From: a phage
Reading direction: 5' to 3' (one strand)
Assembly: GCA_036253495.1 (NCBI GenBank)
Contig: GCA_036253495.1_4125.1
Length of the DNA: 64,000 nucleotides
Positions 34,855 through 42,109 of the stretch are shown here, piece after piece (within the stretch, counting starts at the first letter, position 1; the number at the start of each line of letters is the position of its first letter). The translations under genes and the position numbers were made by a program. The notes below the pieces were generated by a model. That model worked only from the letters and a program-made list of their open reading frames with translations, did not search any database and was not told the DNA's origin.

Positions 34855-35082
34855 ATGATTAATATCTTAGAACGCATCAAAGAAACTACTACGCTGGTGG
34901 ATCTACTCAATGTACTGACTTTTAAAGTAACTCGGTTTAGTACTCCTGAATTTATCAACCTCATTGATAGTAAAGGTGAATACCGCATCACTATTGAAAA
35001 TGGTCGTGCTAATGTATTCAGTACTAAATCAGGTAAAACCGCAATTCATTCTGTAATTGCAAATAAAACTGTTGCAATCTAA
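34855..35082 (+). CDS. hypothetical early protein
   Basis: 75 aa from MINILERIK; duplicated promoter as upstream gene. Confidence 0.6.
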   Translation: MINILERIKETTTLVDLLNVLTFKVTRFSTPEFINLIDSKGEYRITIENGRANVFSTKSGKTAIHSVIANKTVAI

Positions 35083-35100
35083 TTAGTACTAACATATAAT
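35072..35100 (+). promoter_or_regulatory. promoter + 5' stem-loop (kinase-like gene)
   Basis: TTGCAA-17-TATAAT; hairpin GCAGGGA/TCCCTGC. Confidence 0.55.
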
Positions 35101-35151
35101 AGTCACATCAAGGCAGGGAATACCTCCCTGCTATCTTAAAGAGTAAATGCA

Positions 35152-35736
35152 ATGCGTAATTATACTAAATTCATCCGGGCACTGGCAGAAATGGAAACTA
35201 ACAAAGAGATCCTTACAGCTTGTCGGTTGGCTGGTCTGGAGATCATCGGGGCCGGATCATCCCGTATCGTATTCGCTTTAAATGATCGGTTAGTGATTAA
35301 GGTCGCTAATTGTGACGCTGGCGTAGAACAAAATGAAACAGAATGTAAGGTATGGAATTTTTTAGATTATGACCGCCCTCACCTTAAACAGTACTTTGCT
35401 AAGGTGCATATGCATTTAAGCGATCCTGATAATATGTTTATTGTTATGGATCGTTTGAGTACTGCAAGCAAAGGCAGTGTAAAGCACGTTAACGCTTGCA
35501 ATGAATTAAAGTACAATGTCAAACGTAACACTATTGAACGCCAACACCATTTCGCTGATGCACTACAACACGTTGATGATACCTTATCAACACTAACGAT
35601 AAGAGATATCAGAAAGCAGAACATAGGCCAAGATCGCAATGGCCTGATTAAAGTACTTGATTACGGTTTAACCCGCAATATCTGGAATCAGTACTATAAA
35701 CAACGCGACGTAAAAGCCGTAACTATAACACGATAA
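35152..35736 (+). CDS. protein kinase-like protein (candidate small Ser/Thr or atypical kinase)
   Basis: 194 aa; Gly-loop IIGAGSSRIVF, Lys motif LVIKV, catalytic-loop-like IRDIRKQNIG, DFG-like VLDYG. Confidence 0.5.
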   Translation: MRNYTKFIRALAEMETNKEILTACRLAGLEIIGAGSSRIVFALNDRLVIKVANCDAGVEQNETECKVWNFLDYDRPHLKQYFAKVHMHLSDPDNMFIVMDRLSTASKGSVKHVNACNELKYNVKRNTIERQHHFADALQHVDDTLSTLTIRDIRKQNIGQDRNGLIKVLDYGLTRNIWNQYYKQRDVKAVTITR

Positions 35737-35750
35737 AAAAGATTAAAAAA

Positions 35751-35783
35751 GGGATTGACTCCAGTCAGTCCCTTTGCTATTAT
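35751..35783 (+). promoter_or_regulatory. composite terminator-hairpin/promoter element (copy 3)
   Basis: AAAAAAGGGATTGACTCCAGTCAGTCCCTTTGCTATTAT. Confidence 0.55.
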
Positions 35784-35878
35784 ATAGTCATTGAGAGATA
35801 ACTCACTGACCCATAGGGTGCATAAGTGTATCTATAATATAAGTATTGTCAGTACTGAAAACTATTTTAAAAAAGTAC

Positions 35879-35906
35879 TTGCATTGTACTTAGAATCAAG
35901 TATAAT
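35879..35906 (+). promoter_or_regulatory. early promoter + 5' stem-loop
   Basis: TTGCAT-16-TATAAT; hairpin GGGGGAAAC/GTTCTCCC. Confidence 0.65.
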
Positions 35907-35958
35907 GTTTTATATCGAGAGGGGGAAACGGTTCTCCCTGGCAATAAGGAATAAAATC

Positions 35959-36180
35959 ATGACTACAATGACTTGCATTTACGCTTCCAATCTTCTGAAT
36001 GATGCGGCCTTTAATGTTGATTCAGAATATCAATGTTATCGGGATGAAAATAAAAAAGTTTTTGTAGTTGATAATAATGGTTTCCATATTGAATTGCAAT
36101 CCGGCTTCACTGGCGTTGATGGTAAATCAGTATGGGGCGTACAGGATGATAAAGGTACATATCATTTTAAACGTAATTAA
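35959..36180 (+). CDS. hypothetical early protein
   Basis: 73 aa from MTTMTCIY; promoter + hairpin; track extension from 35791 rejected. Confidence 0.6.
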   Translation: MTTMTCIYASNLLNDAAFNVDSEYQCYRDENKKVFVVDNNGFHIELQSGFTGVDGKSVWGVQDDKGTYHFKRN

Positions 36181-36183
36181 GTA

Positions 36184-36211
36184 TTGACAAAGTATCTTAG
36201 TACTGTATAAT
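36184..36211 (+). promoter_or_regulatory. early promoter + 5' stem-loop
   Basis: TTGACA-16-TATAAT; hairpin GGGGAGAA/TTCTCCCC. Confidence 0.65.
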
Positions 36212-36263
36212 AGTTTACATCAAGGGGAGAATAGTTCTCCCCGATACTAAAAGGAATAAAATC

Positions 36264-36671
36264 ATGACTACTACTAATCAAGCTCGGTCCATCGCCAACG
36301 ATAAAAATCATGCTGCAATGGTCGCTGGTTACATTGAAGCTATGCAATTCAGTACTGTACACAATGAGAACGGCGAATACCTGGAAGATTATGAATTATC
36401 AGAGCAAGCCCATCAAGCGGCAGTGATTGCATGTTCACGTTTCCTTGCTGTACATGGTGAAGATATGGAAACAGTACAAAAACACCATAATCCTGATTAT
36501 ACTTATAATCATGCAGGTCATGATCTCTTTCTTACTCGCGAAGGTCACGGTACTGGCTTTTGGGATCGTGATATCGGTCACTATGACGATGTATTCACTA
36601 AGTACTGCGAAGAAATCAACGTTTGCGATCCCTATGTAGGCGATGATAATCTAATCTATATGGGCGAATAA
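36264..36671 (+). CDS. hypothetical protein with His/Asp-rich motif
   Basis: 135 aa; HAGHDLFLTREGHGTGFWDRDIGHYDD suggests metal-binding/hydrolase-like site (speculative). Confidence 0.65.
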   Translation: MTTTNQARSIANDKNHAAMVAGYIEAMQFSTVHNENGEYLEDYELSEQAHQAAVIACSRFLAVHGEDMETVQKHHNPDYTYNHAGHDLFLTREGHGTGFWDRDIGHYDDVFTKYCEEINVCDPYVGDDNLIYMGE

Positions 36672-36677
36672 AAGTAC

Positions 36678-36705
36678 TTGACAAAGTATATCAGTACTGT
36701 ATAAT
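36678..36705 (+). promoter_or_regulatory. early promoter + 5' stem-loop
   Basis: TTGACA-16-TATAAT; hairpin GGGGAGAA/TTCTCCCC. Confidence 0.65.
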
Positions 36706-36758
36706 AGTTTACATCAAGGGGAGAATAGTTCTCCCCACCAATAAAAGGAAACAACATT

Positions 36759-37031
36759 ATGTCAAGCTACTCCGCTACTATGATCATTAAAGATATGAAC
36801 GGTAATCCTACTTCTGCTGGTGGATCATTTGGAAACATTAACTTAGATGGTCGGTTATCAATGGAATCAGCCATCAATGCAGCGAAAGAAGTTTTTAAGA
36901 ATGAATGTACTGTAAGCAAGCTAGATTATATGGGCTTCGCTATCGAGAAAACTAAACGTTTTGTGGACTACAAAAATCCACTAATGATTGATACTAACCT
37001 GAAAGCTAACGAAGTGGAATACTTATTATGA
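36759..37031 (+). CDS. hypothetical early protein
   Basis: 90 aa; promoter + hairpin upstream. Confidence 0.65.
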   Translation: MSSYSATMIIKDMNGNPTSAGGSFGNINLDGRLSMESAINAAKEVFKNECTVSKLDYMGFAIEKTKRFVDYKNPLMIDTNLKANEVEYLL

Positions 37032-37219
37032 CAGTTGAAGAAGTTAAAAAAGTACTGGCAGTACTACGCTATCATAATCATTGCAAGGTGAAGAATGATC
37101 CTGATTATGTTGATTCATCCCTGGAGGAAGACACCTTAAACGCGATAAGCCATATGCAAACATTAGCAAAGCGTATGACCGAAAAGAATAGGCCGGACTA
37201 TATCGGAAATAAAATTTAA
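37028..37219 (+). CDS. hypothetical early protein
   Basis: 63 aa; ATGA overlap with upstream ORF. Confidence 0.55.
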   Translation: MTVEEVKKVLAVLRYHNHCKVKNDPDYVDSSLEEDTLNAISHMQTLAKRMTEKNRPDYIGNKI

Positions 37220-37226
37220 AAAGTAC

Positions 37227-37254
37227 TTGCATTGTAGTTAGATTAAAGTATAAT
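37227..37254 (+). promoter_or_regulatory. early promoter + 5' stem-loop
   Basis: TTGCAT-16-TATAAT; hairpin GGGGGAAA/TTTCCCCT. Confidence 0.65.
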
Positions 37255-37306
37255 GTTTTATATCGAGAGGGGGAAATGGTTTCCCCTCAAGTCCAGGAGA
37301 TACACC

Positions 37307-37570
37307 ATGAACACTATCGAAATCACTATTAATGCTCACGTATACGACAACGTAGTACTGCAAACTACTATGACCGCTAACGATACCAGTACTTTGCGGA
37401 ATACTGTTATAAGTGCTGTATGTGCCGCTATCGGTGATGTATCCCTGGAAAATGCAGAACACATCAACAACGGTTTCACTATGTGCAAACGTGATAACGC
37501 AAAACATATCATCGTAGAAGGTTACGGCGGTGTAGAATATAACCTTTATATGAAAAAAGTACTTGCATAG
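37307..37570 (+). CDS. hypothetical early protein
   Basis: 87 aa from MNTIEITINAH; 3' end overlaps next promoter. Confidence 0.6.
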   Translation: MNTIEITINAHVYDNVVLQTTMTANDTSTLRNTVISAVCAAIGDVSLENAEHINNGFTMCKRDNAKHIIVEGYGGVEYNLYMKKVLA

Positions 37571-37590
37571 TAACTAAAACAAAGTATAAT
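37563..37590 (+). promoter_or_regulatory. early promoter + 5' stem-loop
   Basis: TTGCAT-16-TATAAT; hairpin GGGGGAG-atatc-CTCCCCC. Confidence 0.65.
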
Positions 37591-37638
37591 GTTTTGCATA
37601 GGGGGAGATATCCTCCCCCACTAATAAGGAGTACTACG

Positions 37639-37863
37639 ATGGCTAATCATGATGAACTGATTCGGGAAGTAGCTAACCTGGCGGCAGAAAAGAAATCATT
37701 TGATTCTATCTATAACACCGCTCACCGTGATTCAGTACTGGCATGTAATCAGGATCAAAAAGATGAACTGATCGCAACCTATCATGAAGCATGGAAGTAT
37801 TACCGTCAATGGGAGAAAGAAGAAAAAGCATCAACCATAAGAGGATTAAATAATCTAGTATAA
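37639..37863 (+). CDS. hypothetical early protein
   Basis: 74 aa from MANHDELIREV; SD AAGGAG. Confidence 0.6.
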   Translation: MANHDELIREVANLAAEKKSFDSIYNTAHRDSVLACNQDQKDELIATYHEAWKYYRQWEKEEKASTIRGLNNLV

Positions 37864-37869
37864 CAATAA

Positions 37870-37900
37870 AAGGGGATGATAATATCCCCTTAATAATTTC
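37870..37900 (+). terminator. possible terminator (weak U-tract)
   Basis: GGGGAT-gataat-ATCCCC + TTAATAATTT. Confidence 0.4.
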
Positions 37901-37915
37901 TATAATAGGTTAACA

Positions 37916-38182
37916 ATGAAAAAGAAAACAACATATCGCTATAATAAAAATTATCAATCCGTTGTATTAGATCACTCTATGCTCCCGCTCGTTGTCCCTG
38001 CCGTTGGTGTAGTCTATCAATCCATATACTGGTCAAGGAAACAACAAAAGTACTTAAAAGGCCCACTAGCACGTTATGAGGGTAACGGTGTATGGTCCGA
38101 TCCGTTACATCCAATCACTACGCGTTATATTGAATATTTTCCTTATTGTGACTACATTGAAATACATCCTAAATTTAATTGA
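37916..38182 (+). CDS. hypothetical early protein (paralog of 38263-38520)
   Basis: 88 aa; shares NG.W.DP..PI and YIE motifs with next gene. Confidence 0.6.
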   Translation: MKKKTTYRYNKNYQSVVLDHSMLPLVVPAVGVVYQSIYWSRKQQKYLKGPLARYEGNGVWSDPLHPITTRYIEYFPYCDYIEIHPKFN

Positions 38183-38187
38183 TAGTA

Positions 38188-38215
38188 TTGACAGTACTAA
38201 CTGATAGTGTATAAT
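38188..38215 (+). promoter_or_regulatory. early promoter + 5' stem-loop
   Basis: TTGACA-16-TATAAT; hairpin GGGGGAATACTCCCCC. Confidence 0.65.
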
Positions 38216-38262
38216 GTTTTGCATAGGGGGAATACTCCCCCAATATTAAAAGGGGAATCATC

Positions 38263-38520
38263 ATGGAACAATTCACACAATATCGGGTAAATCCTCAAGC
38301 TATGGCCTACGTAGAAGACCATAAAACGTTACCAGTACTGCAACCAGTTAAAGGCCGTATCTATCGTGGCCTTGCATGGAATACGGCCCAGGATGGATAT
38401 AAAACCGTTGCCGTGGGGATGTATTGCGGGAATGGTGAATGGTTTGATCCTAACAATCCGATTGCACTTGACAGTACTGAAAAAATGAAATGGGCCGACT
38501 ATATCGAGGATATCTCATAA
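38263..38520 (+). CDS. hypothetical early protein (paralog of 37916-38182)
   Basis: 85 aa; promoter + hairpin GGGGGAATACTCCCCC upstream. Confidence 0.65.
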   Translation: MEQFTQYRVNPQAMAYVEDHKTLPVLQPVKGRIYRGLAWNTAQDGYKTVAVGMYCGNGEWFDPNNPIALDSTEKMKWADYIEDIS

Positions 38521-38525
38521 AACTA

Positions 38526-38554
38526 TTTGACAGTACTATCATATAGTGTATAAT
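38526..38554 (+). promoter_or_regulatory. early promoter + 5' stem-loop
   Basis: TTGACA-17-TATAAT; hairpin GCGGGGGAA/TTCTCCCGC. Confidence 0.65.
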
Positions 38555-38609
38555 GTTTTACATAGAGCGGGGGAATAGTTCTCCCGCCAATAGTTTGGAG
38601 TAAAACATT

Positions 38610-38810
38610 ATGTCAATCGCTATCGCCCTGGTTGAAGTACTGAAAGAAGCTAAAGCTAACCTGATCGACGTAAAGATCCAGGAACTACAATCCGGCTTAA
38701 TCGGCTGTACTTGTACCGCTGGTGGGGCGACAGATTATCGTGAATTCGAATCACTCGAATCTATGGTTCGGTATCTTACAATGATCGTGGAAGATTGGAA
38801 GATCATCTAA
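38610..38810 (+). CDS. hypothetical early protein
   Basis: 66 aa; promoter + hairpin upstream. Confidence 0.6.
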   Translation: MSIAIALVEVLKEAKANLIDVKIQELQSGLIGCTCTAGGATDYREFESLESMVRYLTMIVEDWKII

Positions 38811-38828
38811 CAAAAAAGAATAAAAAAA

Positions 38829-38861
38829 GGGATTGACTCCGGTCAGTCCCTTTGCTATTAT
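38829..38861 (+). promoter_or_regulatory. composite terminator-hairpin/promoter element (copy 4)
   Basis: AAAAAAAGGGATTGACTCCGGTCAGTCCCTTTGCTATTAT. Confidence 0.55.
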
Positions 38862-38974
38862 ATACGCATAGACAAAAACTAGCCCACAGGGTGCATAGGT
38901 GTATCTAAAATATATAGTTAATAACGGTGAGTAACTATCTGCTGGTGGAGTGAAAACTATTAATAAAAAACTAT

Positions 38975-39002
38975 TGACAAAGTATAGCAGTACTGCAATA
39001 AT
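38975..39002 (+). promoter_or_regulatory. promoter
   Basis: TTGACA-16-AATAAT. Confidence 0.5.
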
Positions 39003-39055
39003 GTATCTCGTAGGGCGGCAATGGTGCGACGGTCCACAAAGTTAGGAGATTCAAA

Positions 39056-39388
39056 ATGAGTACTTCAATCGCTATCGTAAACGCTTTCATCCGTACCAAT
39101 GTTTCATCTGTATTCATTGACGGGCTGGATCGGGAAGTAGAATACTCAATCATTATCGCACAAACTGCAAACGGTGCTCGGTATATCCTCAATGATAGTG
39201 AAGCAAATCACTACTACTACACTAAAGCTACTGGCTTTAAACGCATCGATGCGGACGTAGTATACGCTAAGATGAATAAGCTGGTAGACAAGATTAACGC
39301 TAAAGGTACTATCGATTTACAGTACTGGACCGAAACCGATCCAGAATATGGATCACATCGCTACCTGAATCCAGGTATTAAAATGTAA
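39056..39388 (+). CDS. hypothetical early protein
   Basis: 110 aa; SD AGGAGA; promoter TTGACA upstream. Confidence 0.65.
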   Translation: MSTSIAIVNAFIRTNVSSVFIDGLDREVEYSIIIAQTANGARYILNDSEANHYYYTKATGFKRIDADVVYAKMNKLVDKINAKGTIDLQYWTETDPEYGSHRYLNPGIKM

Positions 39389-39395
39389 AAAGTAC

Positions 39396-39423
39396 TTGCA
39401 TAGTACTTAGTAAAGTGTATAAT
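39396..39423 (+). promoter_or_regulatory. early promoter + 5' stem-loop
   Basis: TTGCAT-16-TATAAT; hairpin GAGGGGGAAA/GGTTCTCCCTC. Confidence 0.65.
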
Positions 39424-39477
39424 GTTTTACATAGAGAGGGGGAAATGGTTCTCCCTCCTAAATTAAGGAGTTTTATC

Positions 39478-39879
39478 ATGACCTTCTCAATCACTTCTTA
39501 CGCTGACGTTTTAGTACTGGCTCGGACTTTTGGTAAAGATGCACTGGAGTACGCTGTAAGTAATGGTACTATCCAACCGGAGCAGTGCCGCATCATTGGA
39601 AACTGCAAACGTTGGGCGGTATCCAATACTATTGCACTGGAAAACTTCAACGATGGCAACAATGAATATTCTGTTGATGTAGTATTCGAAGCCGTTGATC
39701 TCGGCGGTATCTATAACACTAACCTGAATGATGTGCGTATCGTTCGCACGGGGTTCGGTGCTTATGATGTATCTATTCGTGAAGCTATGAACACCGGATA
39801 CATTAGCAAGGACTTACTTGCTCACATCATGCAGCTGTGGACGGAACGTAACGAAGCACGCACTATCTTAGGACTGTAA
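39478..39879 (+). CDS. hypothetical early protein
   Basis: 133 aa from MTFSITSYADV; promoter + hairpin; track extension rejected. Confidence 0.65.
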   Translation: MTFSITSYADVLVLARTFGKDALEYAVSNGTIQPEQCRIIGNCKRWAVSNTIALENFNDGNNEYSVDVVFEAVDLGGIYNTNLNDVRIVRTGFGAYDVSIREAMNTGYISKDLLAHIMQLWTERNEARTILGL

Positions 39880-39947
39880 GCATTACACATCACCAAACAT
39901 CATAGGCCGCTCTCTAGCGGCCTTAACTATATCAGGAGTACACACAC

Positions 39948-40157
39948 ATGATCTATACAGTATACAGCGTTCTAGGTACTATTGCAGGCGTACACGATAA
40001 CGTCAATGATGCTATGCGTACAGTACTGCAACAGGTTCCACTAAAGCCTAAGACTATTAAGCAGATGACAGCACGACTAACCAGGGCAAAGGCTGGCGGT
40101 GAAGTCTGGCAGGACTACGCGGATACGCAGATTATCATTGCAGTAAGTAATGATTAA
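39948..40157 (+). CDS. hypothetical protein
   Basis: 69 aa; SD AGGAG; strong terminator downstream. Confidence 0.6.
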   Translation: MIYTVYSVLGTIAGVHDNVNDAMRTVLQQVPLKPKTIKQMTARLTRAKAGGEVWQDYADTQIIIAVSND

Positions 40158-40199
40158 TGAATTAAATGATTCAGTACTAAAACTATTAGTCAGAAAATA

Positions 40200-40236
40200 A
40201 TCGGTGCATTTTTAAAATGCATCGTTTTTTATTTTA
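40200..40236 (+). terminator. rho-independent terminator at end of early region
   Basis: CGGTGCATTTT-ta-AAATGCATCG + TTTTTTATTTT. Confidence 0.7.
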
Positions 40237-40339
40237 ACCAGTACACTATAACGTATGAAATAGTTTCGACCTGTTATTATAACTTAGGGCAACTAGGGGC
40301 GGGTAATTGCTTAGCTCGTGTGAAGGGGTTCATAGGGTA

Positions 40340-40368
40340 TTGACTTTTTATATGAATCGTGTATTATA
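40340..40368 (+). promoter_or_regulatory. promoter for family B array
   Basis: TTGACT-17-TATTAT, then SD AAGGGAG and ATG 40398. Confidence 0.55.
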
Positions 40369-40397
40369 TGATTGATATTAATTTTAAGGGAGTCCCT

Positions 40398-40595
40398 ATG
40401 CGTATTTTAACACAAGAAGAGCATCACGAAAGACTTATCAATAACATGGCTATGATAATGTATAAGTCTCATAAACGTGGTAATGCCTATAAACGTGAAT
40501 TAGTTATGGAACTATTCTTAGGAACTAACTTACAAAATGAATATGTTAAACTATATGTAAAAGAGTTATGTTTAGAGATAAATGGTAAACTATGA
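40398..40595 (+). CDS. small protein, family B (LGTNYQ-motif)
   Basis: first array member; promoter TTGACT/TATTAT and SD AAGGGAG upstream; FLGTNLQNEYV. Confidence 0.65.
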   Translation: MRILTQEEHHERLINNMAMIMYKSHKRGNAYKRELVMELFLGTNLQNEYVKLYVKELCLEINGKL

Positions 40596-40792
40596 AAATG
40601 CGTACATTAACTCAAGATGAATATCATCATATACTACGTAAAAACACGGCAAGAATTTACCAAAGCAATGTGCACTTAGAAAGAGTTGAGTTGTACCTGT
40701 TGATTACGATGGGAACAAACTATCAGGAAGTGTGGATAACTCACTATTTGGAATCTTTGAAAGCTGACATACGAGCTAGGAGAAAACTATGA
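40592..40792 (+). CDS. small protein, family B
   Basis: MKMRTLTQDEY...MGTNYQEVWI; ATGA overlap. Confidence 0.65.
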   Translation: MKMRTLTQDEYHHILRKNTARIYQSNVHLERVELYLLITMGTNYQEVWITHYLESLKADIRARRKL

Positions 40793-40989
40793 AAATGCGT
40801 ACATTAACCGAAAAAGAATATCAAGCTCTACTACGTAAAAACATGGTAAGGATTTACCAAAGCGATGTGCACTTAGAAAGAGTTGAGTTGTACCTTTTGA
40901 TTACAATGGGAACCAACTATCAGGAAGCATTGATATCGAAATATTTGGAATCTTTGAAAGCTGACATACGAGCGAGGTGCAAACATTGA
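40789..40989 (+). CDS. small protein, family B
   Basis: MKMRTLTEKEY...MGTNYQEALI; near-duplicate of previous. Confidence 0.65.
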   Translation: MKMRTLTEKEYQALLRKNMVRIYQSDVHLERVELYLLITMGTNYQEALISKYLESLKADIRARCKH

Positions 40990-41195
40990 AAATCATAACA
41001 CAGACACAAGCATTTGGTCGTATATTGAAATACCTTGATGACATGATAGATATACATAGTGACCTCCCTAAAACTGTAATCGACGCCAAAAGAGCAGAAT
41101 ATCGCATGATGGCTGTACTGAACACAAACTTTCAGGAAGAGTATGTCAATGATTGGATTGGATTTTTAATTGAAGATATAAAGAGTAAACTATGA
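40977..41195 (+). CDS. small protein, family B (divergent)
   Basis: non-ATG start (GTG at 40977 or TTG near 40986); LNTNFQEEYV. Confidence 0.5.
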   Translation: MQTLKIITQTQAFGRILKYLDDMIDIHSDLPKTVIDAKRAEYRMMAVLNTNFQEEYVNDWIGFLIEDIKSKL

Positions 41196-41404
41196 TTATA
41201 TTAACACCAGAGCAATATAGGAAACGTTACAATTCTAAGCAGATTGAAATCTTGCTGATATATGCAGACAGGGATGATGTATACTTATCAAAAGTTATGG
41301 AAAAAGAATTACTTATGGGTGTCTTCTTAGGAACTGACCACCAGAAATCTTATGTCCAAGAGTATCTAATAGCTCTTGAGAAATACATCAGGAGTAAACT
41401 ATGA
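41192..41404 (+). CDS. small protein, family B
   Basis: FLGTDHQKSYV; ATGA overlap. Confidence 0.6.
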   Translation: MIILTPEQYRKRYNSKQIEILLIYADRDDVYLSKVMEKELLMGVFLGTDHQKSYVQEYLIALEKYIRSKL

Positions 41405-41625
41405 ACTGCATTAATAACTTTGAATACGAGGCTCGCTCAAGGTGTGCATCTCAAAAAGAGAACCACATTTACTTCACTATGATGTACTTATCTTGGAATG
41501 AAATTGAAGAAATGGTTGCTGAAGTATGGCTGTTTGAATTCATGGGGACGCAGTATCAGAATAGGTTTGTGGGTGAGTATCTTAATGTTCTTATGAAACA
41601 TATAGAAAGAAAGGGAATGAACTAA
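41401..41625 (+). CDS. small protein, family B
   Basis: FMGTQYQNRFV; ATGA overlap. Confidence 0.6.
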   Translation: MNCINNFEYEARSRCASQKENHIYFTMMYLSWNEIEEMVAEVWLFEFMGTQYQNRFVGEYLNVLMKHIERKGMN

Positions 41626-41876
41626 TGAAAGTATTATCAAGCACTGAGTATCAATCTGCCCTATTCTCTTTACTAAACACCCTTCGCAAGAACAATGAAC
41701 TTTATCCTTCCCCTGAGAATGATGTAGTTAATGGTGACGTGTTTCTACTTAAATTCGTTGGAACTAATAAACAAGATATCTTCACTGATCGTTATATCAA
41801 TGCACTAAGAAACCTTGTAGCGTATAAAACCCGCCAGGCCAAAAGAGAATGGAAGAGACAATGCGATCCAGAATAA
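41625..41876 (+). CDS. small protein, family B
   Basis: FVGTNKQDIFT; start overlaps upstream stop. Confidence 0.6.
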   Translation: MKVLSSTEYQSALFSLLNTLRKNNELYPSPENDVVNGDVFLLKFVGTNKQDIFTDRYINALRNLVAYKTRQAKREWKRQCDPE

Positions 41877-42109
41877 ATCACATCATGTACGTTAAACTAT
41901 TTCAGAAACTAATCCACAAACACTATGATACAGTATCTGATAAACTCACTAATGATATCAGCAGACTTATTCACTGTGAAGCAGAGATGCTTGTACTGAT
42001 GACGGGAGACGATACACAAACAATCTCTAAGGCAATAGAGAACTATCTGGAAGCATATCAACAACATATAAGAACGGAAGTCTGGAGACGAGAGAATGAA
42101 AATCCTTAG
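41861..42109 (+). CDS. small protein, family B-like (start uncertain)
   Basis: overlaps upstream 3' end; track start 41849. Confidence 0.5.
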   Translation: MRSRINHIMYVKLFQKLIHKHYDTVSDKLTNDISRLIHCEAEMLVLMTGDDTQTISKAIENYLEAYQQHIRTEVWRRENENP

